Positions 1 to 9,553 of a DNA stretch of 64,000 nt are shown here, piece by piece. A model generated the notes under the pieces. It made no database searches and was not told the origin of the DNA. It worked only from the letters and a program-made list of their open reading frames with translations. The stretch comes from Bacteroidales bacterium (lineage in GTDB: Bacteria; Bacteroidota; Bacteroidia; Bacteroidales; WCHB1-69). Numbering within the stretch: position 1 is the stretch's first letter; each line of letters begins with the position of its first letter. The translations under genes were made by a program, and so were the position numbers. The stretch spans positions 16,049 to 80,048 of the forward strand of contig JAFRUI010000018.1 in assembly GCA_017438945.1 (NCBI GenBank), written 5' to 3'.

Positions 1-238
1 CGCCATCTTCAACCAATTCCAGGAACAGTACCCCGAACACGAGAATGCCAAGCTCTGTTATTGGCAGCGGGCCATCGTCTATGACGACATCCTCGGTGAC
101 TGGCGCAGCGCCGAAAGTGAATACCGCGACTTCATCAACCGCTTCCCCAACGACTCCCTCACACCCGTCTTCCAACAATATCTCACCATTCTCGGAAAAT
201 CCGAATCGGAAATTTCCTCAATGTACAATGTACATTGA
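1..238 (+). CDS. C-terminal fragment of a TPR-like helical-repeat protein (5' end outside window)
   Basis: Frame 2 is open from the window edge to TGA at 236-238 (..NAKLCYWQRAIVYDDILGDWRSAESEYRDFINRFPNDSL..). The listed ORF 45..254 is a different, low-complexity frame. Confidence 0.4.
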   Translation, partial: AIFNQFQEQYPEHENAKLCYWQRAIVYDDILGDWRSAESEYRDFINRFPNDSLTPVFQQYLTILGKSESEISSMYNVH

Positions 239-289
239 AAATGTTCATAACTAATAATATCTTTTTTTGGAGAATCCCCGATAAGTGAT

Positions 290-297
290 TATTTTTG
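290..297 (+). promoter_or_regulatory. Bacteroidota-type -7 promoter box (TAnnTTTG) for prs
   Basis: TATTTTTG lies 46 nt upstream of the ATG at 343. Confidence 0.5.
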
Positions 298-342
298 TAT
301 ATCAAAATTTAAAAACATAAAAATATTTAATATCAATCACTT

Positions 343-1275
343 ATGGATCACGATTACGTATTGGTTGCCGGTCGGGCGAACCCTGAGTTGGCAAAAAAGA
401 TTGCAGATTGCCTGCACAAACCGTTGTTGTCAGTAGATATTCTACAGTTCAAGGATGGAGAAATCCAAGTCTATTACAACGAGAGCATTCGCGGGCGCGA
501 TGTGTTCATCATCCAGCCGACCTTCTCACCGGCGGACAACATCATCGAGCTGCTGATCGCCATTGATGCCGCCAAGCGCGCCTCCGCACGCAGCATCATC
601 GCAGTGGTTCCCTATTTCGGTTATGCACGCCAAGACCGCAAGGATAAGCCCCGCACCTCCATCGGTGCCAAGCTGATGTGCAATTTGCTCACCACCGCTG
701 GCGTAAGCCGGATCATCACCATGGACTTGCACGCCGACCAAATCCAAGGCTTTTTCGAAGTGCCTGTCGATCATTTGTTCGCCTCCAATGTCTTCATACC
801 GTTGGTGAAGAACTCCGGTTGGGAGAACATCAGCATCGCATCTCCTGACACGGGCGGTACCAAACGCGCCTCCACGTACGCCAAGGCCCTCAACTGCGAG
901 CTGGCTATCGGCTACAAGCAGCGTGAGAAACAGAACGAGGTGGCCTCCCTGCAGATCATCGGTGACGTGAAGGATAAAAACGTAATATTGGTCGATGACA
1001 TCATTGACACGGCAGGCACACTCTGCAAAGCTGCTGCCCGCATCAAGGAAATGGGTGCTCTCAGCGTCCGCGCCATGTGCGCCCACGGTCTCTTCTCCGG
1101 CGATGCCCTGGAGAAAATCGAGAACTCCGTACTTGATGAGGTCCTTGTCACCGACACCATCCCGTTGAAACGCCCCTGCCCCAAGGTCAAGGTCGTCTCC
1201 GTGGCCAAACTGCTGTCCGAAATCATCCTAAGCGTCGAAGACAACACGTCAATTTCTTCGCACTATTACGTATAA
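343..1275 (+). CDS. prs: ribose-phosphate pyrophosphokinase
   Basis: 310 aa. Family hallmarks VVPYFGYARQDRK and VILVDDIIDTAGTL (PRPP-binding loop) are present. Confidence 0.95.
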   Translation: MDHDYVLVAGRANPELAKKIADCLHKPLLSVDILQFKDGEIQVYYNESIRGRDVFIIQPTFSPADNIIELLIAIDAAKRASARSIIAVVPYFGYARQDRKDKPRTSIGAKLMCNLLTTAGVSRIITMDLHADQIQGFFEVPVDHLFASNVFIPLVKNSGWENISIASPDTGGTKRASTYAKALNCELAIGYKQREKQNEVASLQIIGDVKDKNVILVDDIIDTAGTLCKAAARIKEMGALSVRAMCAHGLFSGDALEKIENSVLDEVLVTDTIPLKRPCPKVKVVSVAKLLSEIILSVEDNTSISSHYYV

Positions 1276-1277
1276 CC

Positions 1278-1306
1278 GAAGAGACGTTTCCTGAAACGCC
1301 TCTTAC
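1278..1306. repeat. degenerate copy of the GTAGAGACG-type palindromic REP
   Basis: GAAGAGACGTTTCCTGAAACGCCTCTTAC resembles the copy at 50517 (GTAGAGACGTTTCATGAAACGTCTCTAC). Confidence 0.45.
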
Positions 1307-1313
1307 GACAAAA

Positions 1314-1349
1314 GAAACAGCCCCTCCTTCCGAAGGGGCTGTTTCTTTT
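1314..1349. terminator. bidirectional hairpin terminator between convergent prs and the CNNM gene
   Basis: GAAACAGCCCC / GGGGCTGTTTC form an 11-bp stem with a 10-nt loop, followed by TTTT. Confidence 0.6.
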
Positions 1350-1374
1350 GTTCCGATTTCCTCTGGTTGACAAA

Positions 1375-2448
1375 CTATTCCTTTTTTGAGGAATTGCTTT
1401 CCATAAATTGACGGTCAATGTGTCGTTTTTGCCGTTGTTGCCAACGTTCGCGCGCGTACTGCTGCATATCCGACACTTCGTCGCTCTCATCAATAATCTC
1501 CAATCCGAAAACCGTCTCGATGATGTCCTCCATAGTCAAAATACCCTGAAAACAGCCATACTCGTCAATAATCAAGGCGATTTGTGACTTCTGTTTAAGC
1601 ATAGAGTCCCAAATATCGCTTATGGATTTATCCTCGCTGAAGAAAGGCATTTCGCGCTTTATTTCACCCAATGTCATATTGAATTTGTCTTCGGCAAGGT
1701 TTTCAAGCGCATCATCGCGAAGCACATAACCGGTGATGTATTCCGGAGACTCGGCATAGACGGGGATACGGGAGAAGTGGTCGAACTTGTCGTCGTCATA
1801 ATATTCGCGAAGGGTCATGCTTTCCGGCGCAGTTGAGGCCACCACGCGGGGGGTCATCACCTCCTCGGCTTTCACATTATCCAACTTGATGATATTTTGG
1901 ATAATCTTGTTCTCATCCTTTTCAATGACGCCTTCCTCCTCGCCGACATTGGCAATGGCGAGCACTTCCTCACGGCTCACCACAGCATCCTGGTTTTTCT
2001 TGGTTATCAGATGGCTAATCAGCTCTATCAGTTTCACGAAAGGAAACATCAACACAATCAAAACACGAATCGTCTTGCTCGTGAACCCCATCAGGCTCTT
2101 CCAGCGCGTCGTCCCAATAGTCTTGGGAATGATTTCGGCGAAAATAAGGATAAGGATGGTCGTTATTGCCGACACAAGGCCGAACCATCTGCTTCCAAAC
2201 ACAAGCGTGGCCTGCTGGCCGACACCGGCCGCGCCGATGGTATTGGCAATTGTGTTCAACGACAAGATGGCCGCCAAAGGACGCTCCGTATCCGTCTTAT
2301 ACTGCTTGAACAACGTGGCGGGTTTGTAACCCTCCTCCTCACGCATCAAGATGTAAGAAATCGGGGTGGAAAGCAAACTCGACTCCAGTGTGGAGCAAAG
2401 AAAAGAGATGGCCATCGCACCCAATAAGAATATGAACAATAAGGTCAT
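1375..2448 (-). CDS. CNNM/DUF21 membrane protein with CBS pair (HlyC/CorC-type transporter family)
   Basis: 357 aa. It has an N-terminal multi-TM DUF21-like region followed by a CBS-like region (..VMTPRVV.., ..ALIIDEYGCFQGILTMEDIIE..). Confidence 0.8.
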   Translation of the reverse strand: MTLLFIFLLGAMAISFLCSTLESSLLSTPISYILMREEEGYKPATLFKQYKTDTERPLAAILSLNTIANTIGAAGVGQQATLVFGSRWFGLVSAITTILILIFAEIIPKTIGTTRWKSLMGFTSKTIRVLIVLMFPFVKLIELISHLITKKNQDAVVSREEVLAIANVGEEEGVIEKDENKIIQNIIKLDNVKAEEVMTPRVVASTAPESMTLREYYDDDKFDHFSRIPVYAESPEYITGYVLRDDALENLAEDKFNMTLGEIKREMPFFSEDKSISDIWDSMLKQKSQIALIIDEYGCFQGILTMEDIIETVFGLEIIDESDEVSDMQQYARERWQQRQKRHIDRQFMESNSSKKE

Positions 2449-2468
2449 TATGGTTTTAAAAAATCGTG

Positions 2469-2476
2469 CAAAAATA
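2469..2476 (-). promoter_or_regulatory. -7 promoter box for the CNNM gene
   Basis: TATTTTTG on the minus strand, 21 nt upstream of the ATG at 2448. Confidence 0.5.
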
Positions 2477-2551
2477 CGAAAAATGTATATAGAACAAGAT
2501 GTTCTGAAAAAAAAACACTCACAAATCGCTTTGCAAGTGCTTGAATTTTTG

Positions 2552-2625
2552 TGATTCCGCTGCGACTCGAACGCAGAACCTGCTGCTTAGAAGGCAGCTG
2601 CTCTATCCAGTTGAGCTACGGAACC
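2552..2625 (-). tRNA. tRNA-Arg (anticodon TCT)
   Basis: Hand-folded 74-nt cloverleaf: acceptor GGTTCCG/CGGAATC, anticodon stem GCTGC/GCAGC with loop CTTCTAA, T-arm CTGCG-TTCGAGT-CGCAG. Confidence 0.9.
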
Positions 2626-2640
2626 TCAGCTTTCGCCTCG

Positions 2641-2715
2641 TCGGGATAGCAAGATTCGAACTTGCGACCTCCTGCTCCCAAAGCAGGCGCGATAACCGGA
2701 CTACGCTATATCCCG
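2641..2715 (-). tRNA. tRNA-Pro (anticodon TGG)
   Basis: Hand-folded 75-nt cloverleaf: acceptor CGGGATA/TATCCCG, anticodon stem CCTGC/GCAGG with loop TTTGGGA, T-arm GCAAG-TTCGAAT-CTTGC. Confidence 0.9.
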
Positions 2716-2728
2716 TTTTTTGCGGCGG

Positions 2729-2736
2729 CAAAGATA
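2729..2736 (-). promoter_or_regulatory. -7 promoter box for the tRNA-Pro/tRNA-Arg pair
   Basis: TATCTTTG on the minus strand, 14 nt upstream of the tRNA-Pro 5' end. Confidence 0.55.
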
Positions 2737-2759
2737 CACTTTTTTTCAATACGCAGGAA

Positions 2760-3851
2760 TCAATTCCGTTTTATCTCGAAAATCTCGTGCGCGATGCCAT
2801 GCTCGCCCAATATCGCCCTCACTCGCGTCTCGTCAGTGTCGGAGATGAACACCTGCCCGAAATGCTCTCGCCCTACCATGTTCAACAGTTCCGTGATACG
2901 GGTACGGTCGAGTTTGTCGAAAATATCGTCCAACAGCAGGATCGGTTTGCGCTTGTTGAAGGCAAAAGCATAGTCGAACTGCGACAACCTTAACGCCAAG
3001 GAAAACGATTTCTGCTGCCCCTGAGACCCGAAATGCTTCACAGGCTGACCGTCAATGGTGAAGTCGTAATCATCCTTGTGTACGCCAAACGTCGTGAAAC
3101 CGCATTTGGAGTCCGCCGGAAAACTCTTCGCCAGACCATCTTCATAACGGGTTTCGGCAAGCTCGGACCGATATTGGATGTCCACCTCTTCCGATCCGTT
3201 TGAAAGCTGCCGGTAATGTTCCAAAAACATCGGACGGATGTTCTCGACAAACTGCCGCCGACGCTGATACAGCAAATCACCATCCTCTACAAGCTGCAAA
3301 TCGATTACCTGAAGCAACGAAAAATCCGCATGACCTGTCTCTTGCTGCTGGCGAAGCACGGCATTACGCTGCAAAAGCAATTTCTTGTAGTGAATAAGAT
3401 GCTGGAGATAAATTTTGTCAAACTGCGAGATAATCTTGTCGAAGAACTTGCGGCGCACCTCGTTGCCATCGTTGATGATGTCACTGTCGTAAGGCGACAC
3501 CATCACTACTGGGAACAGCCCCACGTGGTCGCTCAGTCGGTCGTATTCTTTCTTGTTGGCCTTTAACGATTTAGCTCCGTTTTTATACACACAACTCACC
3601 TGTGTGGTATTCCCAGATTCCTCATCCGAGAATTCCCCATGCAGTGCGAAAAAGTCTGTTCCCAAGCGTAGCGAACTCACGTCCTTCGCCGAAAAGCAAC
3701 TTTTCCCGAACGACAGGTAATGGATGGCATCCAGCAGGTTGGTCTTGCCGCTGCCGTTCGCCCCCACGATGCCGTTCACGTTGTCGTTGAACATGAAAGA
3801 GGCTTCGGTGTAGTTTTTGAAATTAGTGAGCTGAAGGGTTCGTAAGTACAT
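2760..3851 (-). CDS. recF: DNA replication and repair protein RecF
   Basis: 363 aa. MYLRTLQLTNFKNY.., Walker A GANGSGKTNLLDAI and Walker B-like LLLDDIFDKLD are present. Confidence 0.95.
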   Translation of the reverse strand: MYLRTLQLTNFKNYTEASFMFNDNVNGIVGANGSGKTNLLDAIHYLSFGKSCFSAKDVSSLRLGTDFFALHGEFSDEESGNTTQVSCVYKNGAKSLKANKKEYDRLSDHVGLFPVVMVSPYDSDIINDGNEVRRKFFDKIISQFDKIYLQHLIHYKKLLLQRNAVLRQQQETGHADFSLLQVIDLQLVEDGDLLYQRRRQFVENIRPMFLEHYRQLSNGSEEVDIQYRSELAETRYEDGLAKSFPADSKCGFTTFGVHKDDYDFTIDGQPVKHFGSQGQQKSFSLALRLSQFDYAFAFNKRKPILLLDDIFDKLDRTRITELLNMVGREHFGQVFISDTDETRVRAILGEHGIAHEIFEIKRN

Positions 3852-3860
3852 TCAAATTAT

Positions 3861-3941
3861 GAATTAAGAATTAAAAATTAAGAATTAAGAATCGAAATCC
3901 AATGGAAATCATTCTTAATTCTTAATTCTGAATTCTGAATT
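3861..3941. repeat. inverted tandem heptamer arrays (GAATTAA units) forming a long hairpin
   Basis: GAATTAAGAATTAAAAATTAAGAATTAAGAAT (3861-3892) pairs with ATTCTTAATTCTTAATTCTGAATTCTGAATT (3911-3941). It sits between the peptidase stop and the recF start. Confidence 0.7.
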
Positions 3942-5586
3942 ATTTGAGTCCTAAAACATCAAGTCCCTGGTTGAACCGGATATCTCTCGGGATGCCGGAT
4001 TTGTTGATACGGTCGAGATCCGCCTGCAGATCGGATTTGATAGTGCCATTGTCTTTGCTGTATTGGGAAGCAAACTCGAAATCACCTTCCGCTTGGGTTT
4101 TGAGAATCAATGCGATCCAACCTTCCATAGCCTTACGGGCCTTGTCGTAGTTAATGTGGTAGGTACCATTGCCGTTTCGGGTAAAAGCGCCATTCTCGAA
4201 GAGGTAGTTGTAGCACATCATGTTGGCGATTCCGTGAGCCTCGGACGCGCCGAAACGCACACTGCGCAATAAACCAACAATATACGTGGTAATAGCATCC
4301 TCCACGGAGATGTCGGTGATTTCACCCTTGTCGATGAGGTTGAGGACGAGGTTCAGCCCCACAATGTCAGCTTTTGCCTCTTCCCAACTGGAATTCTCGG
4401 TCTGCATCGCTTCATCCACACTGCCCTTACCGTTAATGGTCTGTTTCACGCCCAAACCATGAGCCACCTCATGGAACGTCACATTCCAGAAAAAAGCGTC
4501 GAAGGTGATATGATCTTGTTCAGACGGTTCGATGATGATTTCGCCGATGGGCTTCATGATTTTATCGAATTTGGCCTGCATGGCATTGCGAAGTTGGAAG
4601 CGGCGGGAACCTTTCTTGGCCTGAACTTTGTCATCGTTGGGCAGGTTGATGGCGATGGTCTTACCAGCGGCATTGCAGTCACCACCGTAGAACACCACAT
4701 CGTAAAGGTTCATATCGCAGGTGGTCCCGGGCACATACATCTTGTAGGCAGGGTCACAGGGCAGTTCACGTTGCAGCTGCGGGAGCATCTTCACAAACTT
4801 GTCAAGCTTGGTGCTCGCTTCCACATCTTTCACCAAAACGAATGCTTCCCAGGAGGTCTTCACAGAGTTCAAACCATCGTCATAATTCTCGATCGGACCG
4901 AACACAAAATCGATGTTGGAGTCTTTCAGGTCCATCCAGGCCATATCGCTGGGATAGTAGTCATTAGTTTGCAGGGATTTCTTGCGCTCCACCAGATATT
5001 TTTTCATCGTCGGGTTGTCGGCGATTTCAATGGCTTGGTCAAGGAGTTCGCACACACGGTCGAGTTTCTCCTTATAAGCCTCGTAGTAGCCGACAGTCTT
5101 CAGCTTGCCGTTCTCATCACGGGTGAGGATGGTGTAGTGGGAGGATTTCAACGGATCTTCAAAGGCACCATATTCGGCTTTGGTGATGTCCTGCGGGTAA
5201 TAATTGGCCATCACGGGACGCTCGCCGTAACCCGGCACAAAGGGTTTCTCAGCATCGAGACGGTCCCACGGGCCGTAGTTGATCATCGCATAATCCTTCA
5301 TCCACGGGTCGGAGATAGTGTCCATAAGCGACTTGTCACCGAAAGTCTGCTCCCAAAAGAGATCATCCATAATCTGCCCGATTTCAAAGAAGATAGGCAA
5401 GAGTTTCTTCTCGCTGTCGGTCAATTTGGACAGATCGGTGGTGAGGTCAAAGAAAGCATACTCTTCCACTTTCTGTTGGAGTTCGCTTTTCGACTCTTCA
5501 TTAGGGGTCTCGGATTTCTTATTTTTGCATGACGCAAACAAGGCGACACAAGCCAGTATCACCATCATTGTAGATATTTTTTTCAT
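3940..5586 (-). CDS. DPP3 (M49)-like zinc peptidase, lipoprotein
   Basis: Start re-set to MKKISTMMVILACVALFASC (lipobox). Contains HEVAHG plus a downstream EEAKAD zinc-binding pair similar to the M49 motifs. Confidence 0.6.
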   Translation of the reverse strand: MKKISTMMVILACVALFASCKNKKSETPNEESKSELQQKVEEYAFFDLTTDLSKLTDSEKKLLPIFFEIGQIMDDLFWEQTFGDKSLMDTISDPWMKDYAMINYGPWDRLDAEKPFVPGYGERPVMANYYPQDITKAEYGAFEDPLKSSHYTILTRDENGKLKTVGYYEAYKEKLDRVCELLDQAIEIADNPTMKKYLVERKKSLQTNDYYPSDMAWMDLKDSNIDFVFGPIENYDDGLNSVKTSWEAFVLVKDVEASTKLDKFVKMLPQLQRELPCDPAYKMYVPGTTCDMNLYDVVFYGGDCNAAGKTIAINLPNDDKVQAKKGSRRFQLRNAMQAKFDKIMKPIGEIIIEPSEQDHITFDAFFWNVTFHEVAHGLGVKQTINGKGSVDEAMQTENSSWEEAKADIVGLNLVLNLIDKGEITDISVEDAITTYIVGLLRSVRFGASEAHGIANMMCYNYLFENGAFTRNGNGTYHINYDKARKAMEGWIALILKTQAEGDFEFASQYSKDNGTIKSDLQADLDRINKSGIPRDIRFNQGLDVLGLK

Positions 5587-5626
5587 ATTCAAAAATTTAA
5601 GATTAATCATCCAAAAATCACGAGGG

Positions 5627-5634
5627 CAAAGATA
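5627..5634 (-). promoter_or_regulatory. -7 promoter box for the peptidase gene
   Basis: TATCTTTG on the minus strand, 41 nt upstream of the ATG at 5586. Confidence 0.55.
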
Positions 5635-5722
5635 CATTTTTTTTGTAAAAAAAATAAGCGGCGCTCGTTACACACCGCTTATTCCATAAGATAATTATTA
5701 CTAATATGATATATAGAAAGGT

Positions 5723-6796
5723 TTATGCGTAGAGTTCTTCGAAGATCTTGCGAAGCTCAGGGCTTTCGCGCAGCTCTTGAAGGGTGAACTCAGCATGTCC
5801 CTTAGTATATCCGTTACCCATGATCATGTTCACGTCGCTTCCGATACCCTCGGCACCGAGGCTGGCTTTGGTGAAGCTGGTGGCCATGGAGAAGAAATAA
5901 ACGATACCATCGTCTTTGGTGCAGAGCACGGCAGTCATCTCCTGGTCGGGAACATTGACGCAGTTGATGGTGACGTCGGCCATTTTGCCGTCAGTGAGTT
6001 TCTCGATGAGCTCATAGACCTGAACGGGAGTCATGCCTGCAGCGCTTTCCACGATGTCGCAGAAACCGAGGTCTTTGATACGTTGGGTGCTCTTTGGGCT
6101 GTTGGCGATGCCGATGACCTTACCGGTGACACCGACGCGCTTCTTGGCCTCATAGCAGCAGAGCATACCGCTCTTGCCACCGGCGCCGAGGATGACGACA
6201 GTCTGACCGTATTGGCACAGCTTGGCGGTCTGGGCGGGAGCACCAGCCACGTCGAGAGCGCTCAAAGCGAGTTTCTCAGGCATGTCGGTCGGGATCTTGG
6301 CATAGATGCCGCTCTCGAAAAGGATGGCCTTACCTTTGATATCGACTTGGTCAACATCAGGACGGATCTCGAGGATTTCGTCGATGCGCAGAGGAGTCAG
6401 CGAGAGGCTGACGAGGGTGGCGATGCGGTCGCCCTCCTTGAGGTCGATCTTGCCTTTGAGAGCGTCACCAATCTTCTCAACCTTGCCGAGCAACATTCCG
6501 CCAGAACCGGTGCGGCGGTTACGGTGCTTGCCCTGTAATTCAACGTTCAACAACATCTCTTTCTTCACCTCTTCCATGATTTTCTCTTCAGAAGCGCCAG
6601 GACCAGCTTGTTCCTTGGCATAGTTGTGGATGTCGGTGAATGAAGCGGAGTCAATGTTCAAGGTTTGGACGTCAATGAGGATTTCATTGTCCCAAATCTC
6701 GTCCATGTTATTGTCAAGCTTGTTTGCGGGCTGCGGGAGAACACCTTTGGGTTCAATCACGCGGTGCGTACCGTATTTGTTGCCTTTTTTCTGCAT
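5723..6796 (-). CDS. kdd: L-erythro-3,5-diaminohexanoate dehydrogenase-like NAD(P) dehydrogenase
   Basis: 357 aa. The N-terminus ..KYGTHRVIEPKGVLPQPANKLDNNM..ILIDVQTLNIDSASF.. matches my recollection of Kdd proteins. A Rossmann GAGGKSG motif is present. Confidence 0.55.
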   Translation of the reverse strand: MQKKGNKYGTHRVIEPKGVLPQPANKLDNNMDEIWDNEILIDVQTLNIDSASFTDIHNYAKEQAGPGASEEKIMEEVKKEMLLNVELQGKHRNRRTGSGGMLLGKVEKIGDALKGKIDLKEGDRIATLVSLSLTPLRIDEILEIRPDVDQVDIKGKAILFESGIYAKIPTDMPEKLALSALDVAGAPAQTAKLCQYGQTVVILGAGGKSGMLCCYEAKKRVGVTGKVIGIANSPKSTQRIKDLGFCDIVESAAGMTPVQVYELIEKLTDGKMADVTINCVNVPDQEMTAVLCTKDDGIVYFFSMATSFTKASLGAEGIGSDVNMIMGNGYTKGHAEFTLQELRESPELRKIFEELYA

Positions 6797-6852
6797 AATT
6801 TGAATGATTTTTAGAATGATACAAAACTTTTATGCCTCAAAATTTGAGGGTG

Positions 6853-6860
6853 CAAAGATA
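6853..6860 (-). promoter_or_regulatory. -7 promoter box for the kdd-like gene
   Basis: TATCTTTG on the minus strand, 57 nt upstream of the ATG at 6796. Confidence 0.5.
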
Positions 6861-6991
6861 TATTTTTTTGCGATATGCCAACCATTATCCTTTCATTTTG
6901 TGAAAAAATATTTTTTGGAAATTTGTTTTGGTAATAGTGAATAGTGATTTGTGATTTGAAATTAGATGACATAGTCATTTGTCTAAGTTAA

Positions 6992-7020
6992 AGTTATAGT
7001 TATAGTTATAGTCATAGTCA
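6992..7020. repeat. tandem hexamer array (AGTTAT/AGTCAT)
   Basis: AGTTATAGTTATAGTTATAGTCATAGTCA runs into the stop codon of the patatin gene. Confidence 0.7.
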
Positions 7021-9327
7021 GAAGTCATATCCTGCACTAAGATAGAACCCCACCCTGTTAAAAGCGCTGTTCCAGTGAAGGTTAGCTAACAGGGGACCGA
7101 ACTTTGAATTATACGCGAACTGGAGGGCGGCCGAATATACGGGATGTTTCGATTTCAGGTCTTTCAGATTGTCCCCGTCGTGCAGGGCAGCTCCAATGGC
7201 CGACAGATAGCACTTCTTTGCCACTTTAAAACGCAACTCGATATTCGCCACAGTCAGCAAATCTTTACGGTCGCTAACCGCATTATAACCTACAAAAGGA
7301 ATCTGCTGCTCATAATAGCGGCCAGGCATGACACTTCCTACATAGTTGCTCATAAACAGGTTGTTGACGGTATCACCAAAAATATAGCGACCGTTGGCGG
7401 AGGCCAGTATGGAAAAGAAACGGCAGACGGGGATAACGCCATGGATACCCAACGCCGCATAGTGGGTTTTATGGAAATCGTAGTCGTAAGCGGCTGTCAC
7501 ACGCAGACCGCGATCCGGGAAATAGCGTGCATTCTCATGATCGTAAGTAAACCGCATATAGGCGTATGCAGCATAATTCTTCCAATCCCACGGGGAATCA
7601 AAGTCGGAAAAAGCAGGGCTTATAAGCAAATAGTAGGGCATGTGTTCTATTCTCACGCCGGCGGACAAGCTGACCTGGCTCCACCTGGTGCTTGCAAGGT
7701 AAACCTTTGCCTCGTTGTGCCAAAGACGTTCGTAATAATGGAAATCGTAGTTGTGGTCCACTGTGCCGATCAGGGTACGATAGAGCGTCCTTGCGGAAAT
7801 CCCGAAATTGAGTCCCCTTTTCGGAAGGTAATACCAATCCACTTTCAGATACGGGGACATGGAGAGACGGAGGGTGACATCGCACAGGGAGCCGAAAATC
7901 TTGTTCCTGCCAAAACCGCCGTTGATGATGGCCGCAAACCAGTCTTGCGAATCCAAACGGAGGCCGATGCCGATGGAGTTTTGAGGCCGCTTCTCGCACT
8001 TGAACAGCAGTTTGTATCCATCGGCACCGTCGGGCACCAGACGGTAAGTAACCTGCGAGAAGGCCATGGTGCCGTAGATGATGGCCTGCGACAACTCAAA
8101 ATCGCGTTTGTCGTAATATTCGTTCAGTCTCAGACGCACTTTCCTGTTGATGTAGTCTTCCTCCTTACTTGAGAGCCCCTCGTATAGCACATCGGTGATT
8201 TTGACTTTCGTATCCGCTGTATTGATGGCTTTAGCGTTATGCTTGATACGTCCTCCCCTACCCACAATCCGCGCAATGCTGTCGATTTCACGCTCATGCT
8301 TGGCGGCTTCTGTGTAGCCGCGTCTTATCAGCGTGGCAATTTCCTCGGTGCCGAAGCTTAAAGTCCCGAACCCCGAAATGTCCGGTGTGATATAGACGGT
8401 CGTGTTCTTCACGTTACGGTTATGCGCCTCCAGACCGCCGGAATATTGGGCGGTCTGCATCAGGATGTCCGCGACATTGTTCACCTTCTGGTAATCCCTC
8501 GGCATGGTCAGCTCCACCCCGATGATGATGTCTGCTCCGGCGGCCTTCGCAACATCTGTCGGGAAGTTGTTCTTGGTACCGCCGTCAGAGAGAATCATCG
8601 AATCCACCCGTACCGGCATGAAATAGCCCGGAATGGACATAGTGGACCGCATGGCGTCCACCATCGAGCCCTCTGTCCAATGCTTCTCTTTCTGAGACAC
8701 GATCTCCGTGGCCACACAACAATACGGGGTGGGCAGGTCCAGGAAACTCATCTTCTGCTGGTACCCGACCGAAAGCGCACTTATCATGTTGTAAACGTTC
8801 AATCCGTACAAAATCCCAGACGGAAGGCTTTTCTTAAAATCCAACTTTGTGAAAGGGATGTCCAACACGTATGTCCCCTTGTACATTTTCCTGGTATAAG
8901 TATAGAAATCCAACGGGATATTGTCGCTCATCATCACATTCCAGTCGATGGAACGCACAATGGAGTCGATTTCGGTGGCGGAATAGCCCATGGCGTACAG
9001 ACCACCCACGAGGCCGCCCATACTGGTACCGGCCACAAAATCCACCGGAATCCCCTTTTCTTCGAGGTATTTCAGCACGCCAATATGGGAGGCGCCTTTC
9101 GCACCGCCACCCGCCAGCACCAACGCCACCGTGGGCCGTGATTTCCGTATTTCCGCCATCCGCTTCTGCATTTCGGCAAAAAAGGCGGAATCGCTCTTCG
9201 GATCATAACTAATGTTGACCAGATCGTATTTTTGAGCAGACAATGAAGCCGCTGAAAGCAACAAAACCAAACACATAAAGGCCTTCTCAAACCATTGTTG
9301 TATTCCTCTATTCCTGATTATACGCAT
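7018..9327 (-). CDS. patatin-like phospholipase fused to an Omp85/BamA-like beta-barrel
   Basis: GGGAKGASHIG (oxyanion hole) and GTSMG (GxSxG nucleophile) are present, with a long C-terminal beta-rich region ending ..SAGYDF. Start moved to the ATG at 9327, because the track start at 9351 is TTG and lies next to the -7 box. Confidence 0.85.
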   Translation of the reverse strand: MRIIRNRGIQQWFEKAFMCLVLLLSAASLSAQKYDLVNISYDPKSDSAFFAEMQKRMAEIRKSRPTVALVLAGGGAKGASHIGVLKYLEEKGIPVDFVAGTSMGGLVGGLYAMGYSATEIDSIVRSIDWNVMMSDNIPLDFYTYTRKMYKGTYVLDIPFTKLDFKKSLPSGILYGLNVYNMISALSVGYQQKMSFLDLPTPYCCVATEIVSQKEKHWTEGSMVDAMRSTMSIPGYFMPVRVDSMILSDGGTKNNFPTDVAKAAGADIIIGVELTMPRDYQKVNNVADILMQTAQYSGGLEAHNRNVKNTTVYITPDISGFGTLSFGTEEIATLIRRGYTEAAKHEREIDSIARIVGRGGRIKHNAKAINTADTKVKITDVLYEGLSSKEEDYINRKVRLRLNEYYDKRDFELSQAIIYGTMAFSQVTYRLVPDGADGYKLLFKCEKRPQNSIGIGLRLDSQDWFAAIINGGFGRNKIFGSLCDVTLRLSMSPYLKVDWYYLPKRGLNFGISARTLYRTLIGTVDHNYDFHYYERLWHNEAKVYLASTRWSQVSLSAGVRIEHMPYYLLISPAFSDFDSPWDWKNYAAYAYMRFTYDHENARYFPDRGLRVTAAYDYDFHKTHYAALGIHGVIPVCRFFSILASANGRYIFGDTVNNLFMSNYVGSVMPGRYYEQQIPFVGYNAVSDRKDLLTVANIELRFKVAKKCYLSAIGAALHDGDNLKDLKSKHPVYSAALQFAYNSKFGPLLANLHWNSAFNRVGFYLSAGYDF

Positions 9328-9355
9328 ACAATCTGAATGATGATATTTCAACTTG

Positions 9356-9363
9356 CAAAATTA
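9356..9363 (-). promoter_or_regulatory. -7 promoter box for the patatin gene
   Basis: TAATTTTG on the minus strand. Confidence 0.5.
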
Positions 9364-9494
9364 CATTTTTTTGTTTCAAAATCGCCATTCGACACAGAAA
9401 CGCCATAATTGTGCAAGTACAACGCTCGCAACCGCAAAGCGTAAATCGCAAACCGATTTTTTTTTCACAAAGGGTTGATTATTTAAAAAAAATG

Positions 9495-9502
9495 TATTTT
9501 TG
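9495..9502 (+). promoter_or_regulatory. -7 promoter box for the SPFH gene
   Basis: TATTTTTG lies 52 nt upstream of the ATG at 9554. Confidence 0.5.
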
Positions 9503-9553
9503 CCGTGATATTAAAATGATATTATTTTAATCACAAATTTAAATCTTAAAGTT

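Noticed and set aside
45-254. 69-aa ORF at the window start (MPSSVIGSGPSS...).
   Set aside because: Its translation is Ser/Thr/Pro-rich and low-complexity. The alternative frame 2 is open from the window edge and gives a plausible helical-repeat C-terminus ending at 238.
9328-9351. N-terminal extensions in the ORF track (patatin 9351, TonB-dependent receptor 17885, gene 36448, Rpn 35083, ribBA 43967, rsmI 62225, and others).
   Set aside because: These track starts are TTG or GTG codons, or they lie upstream of or inside the -7 promoter box or a REP hairpin. Downstream ATGs give proper signal peptides or family-typical N-termini.
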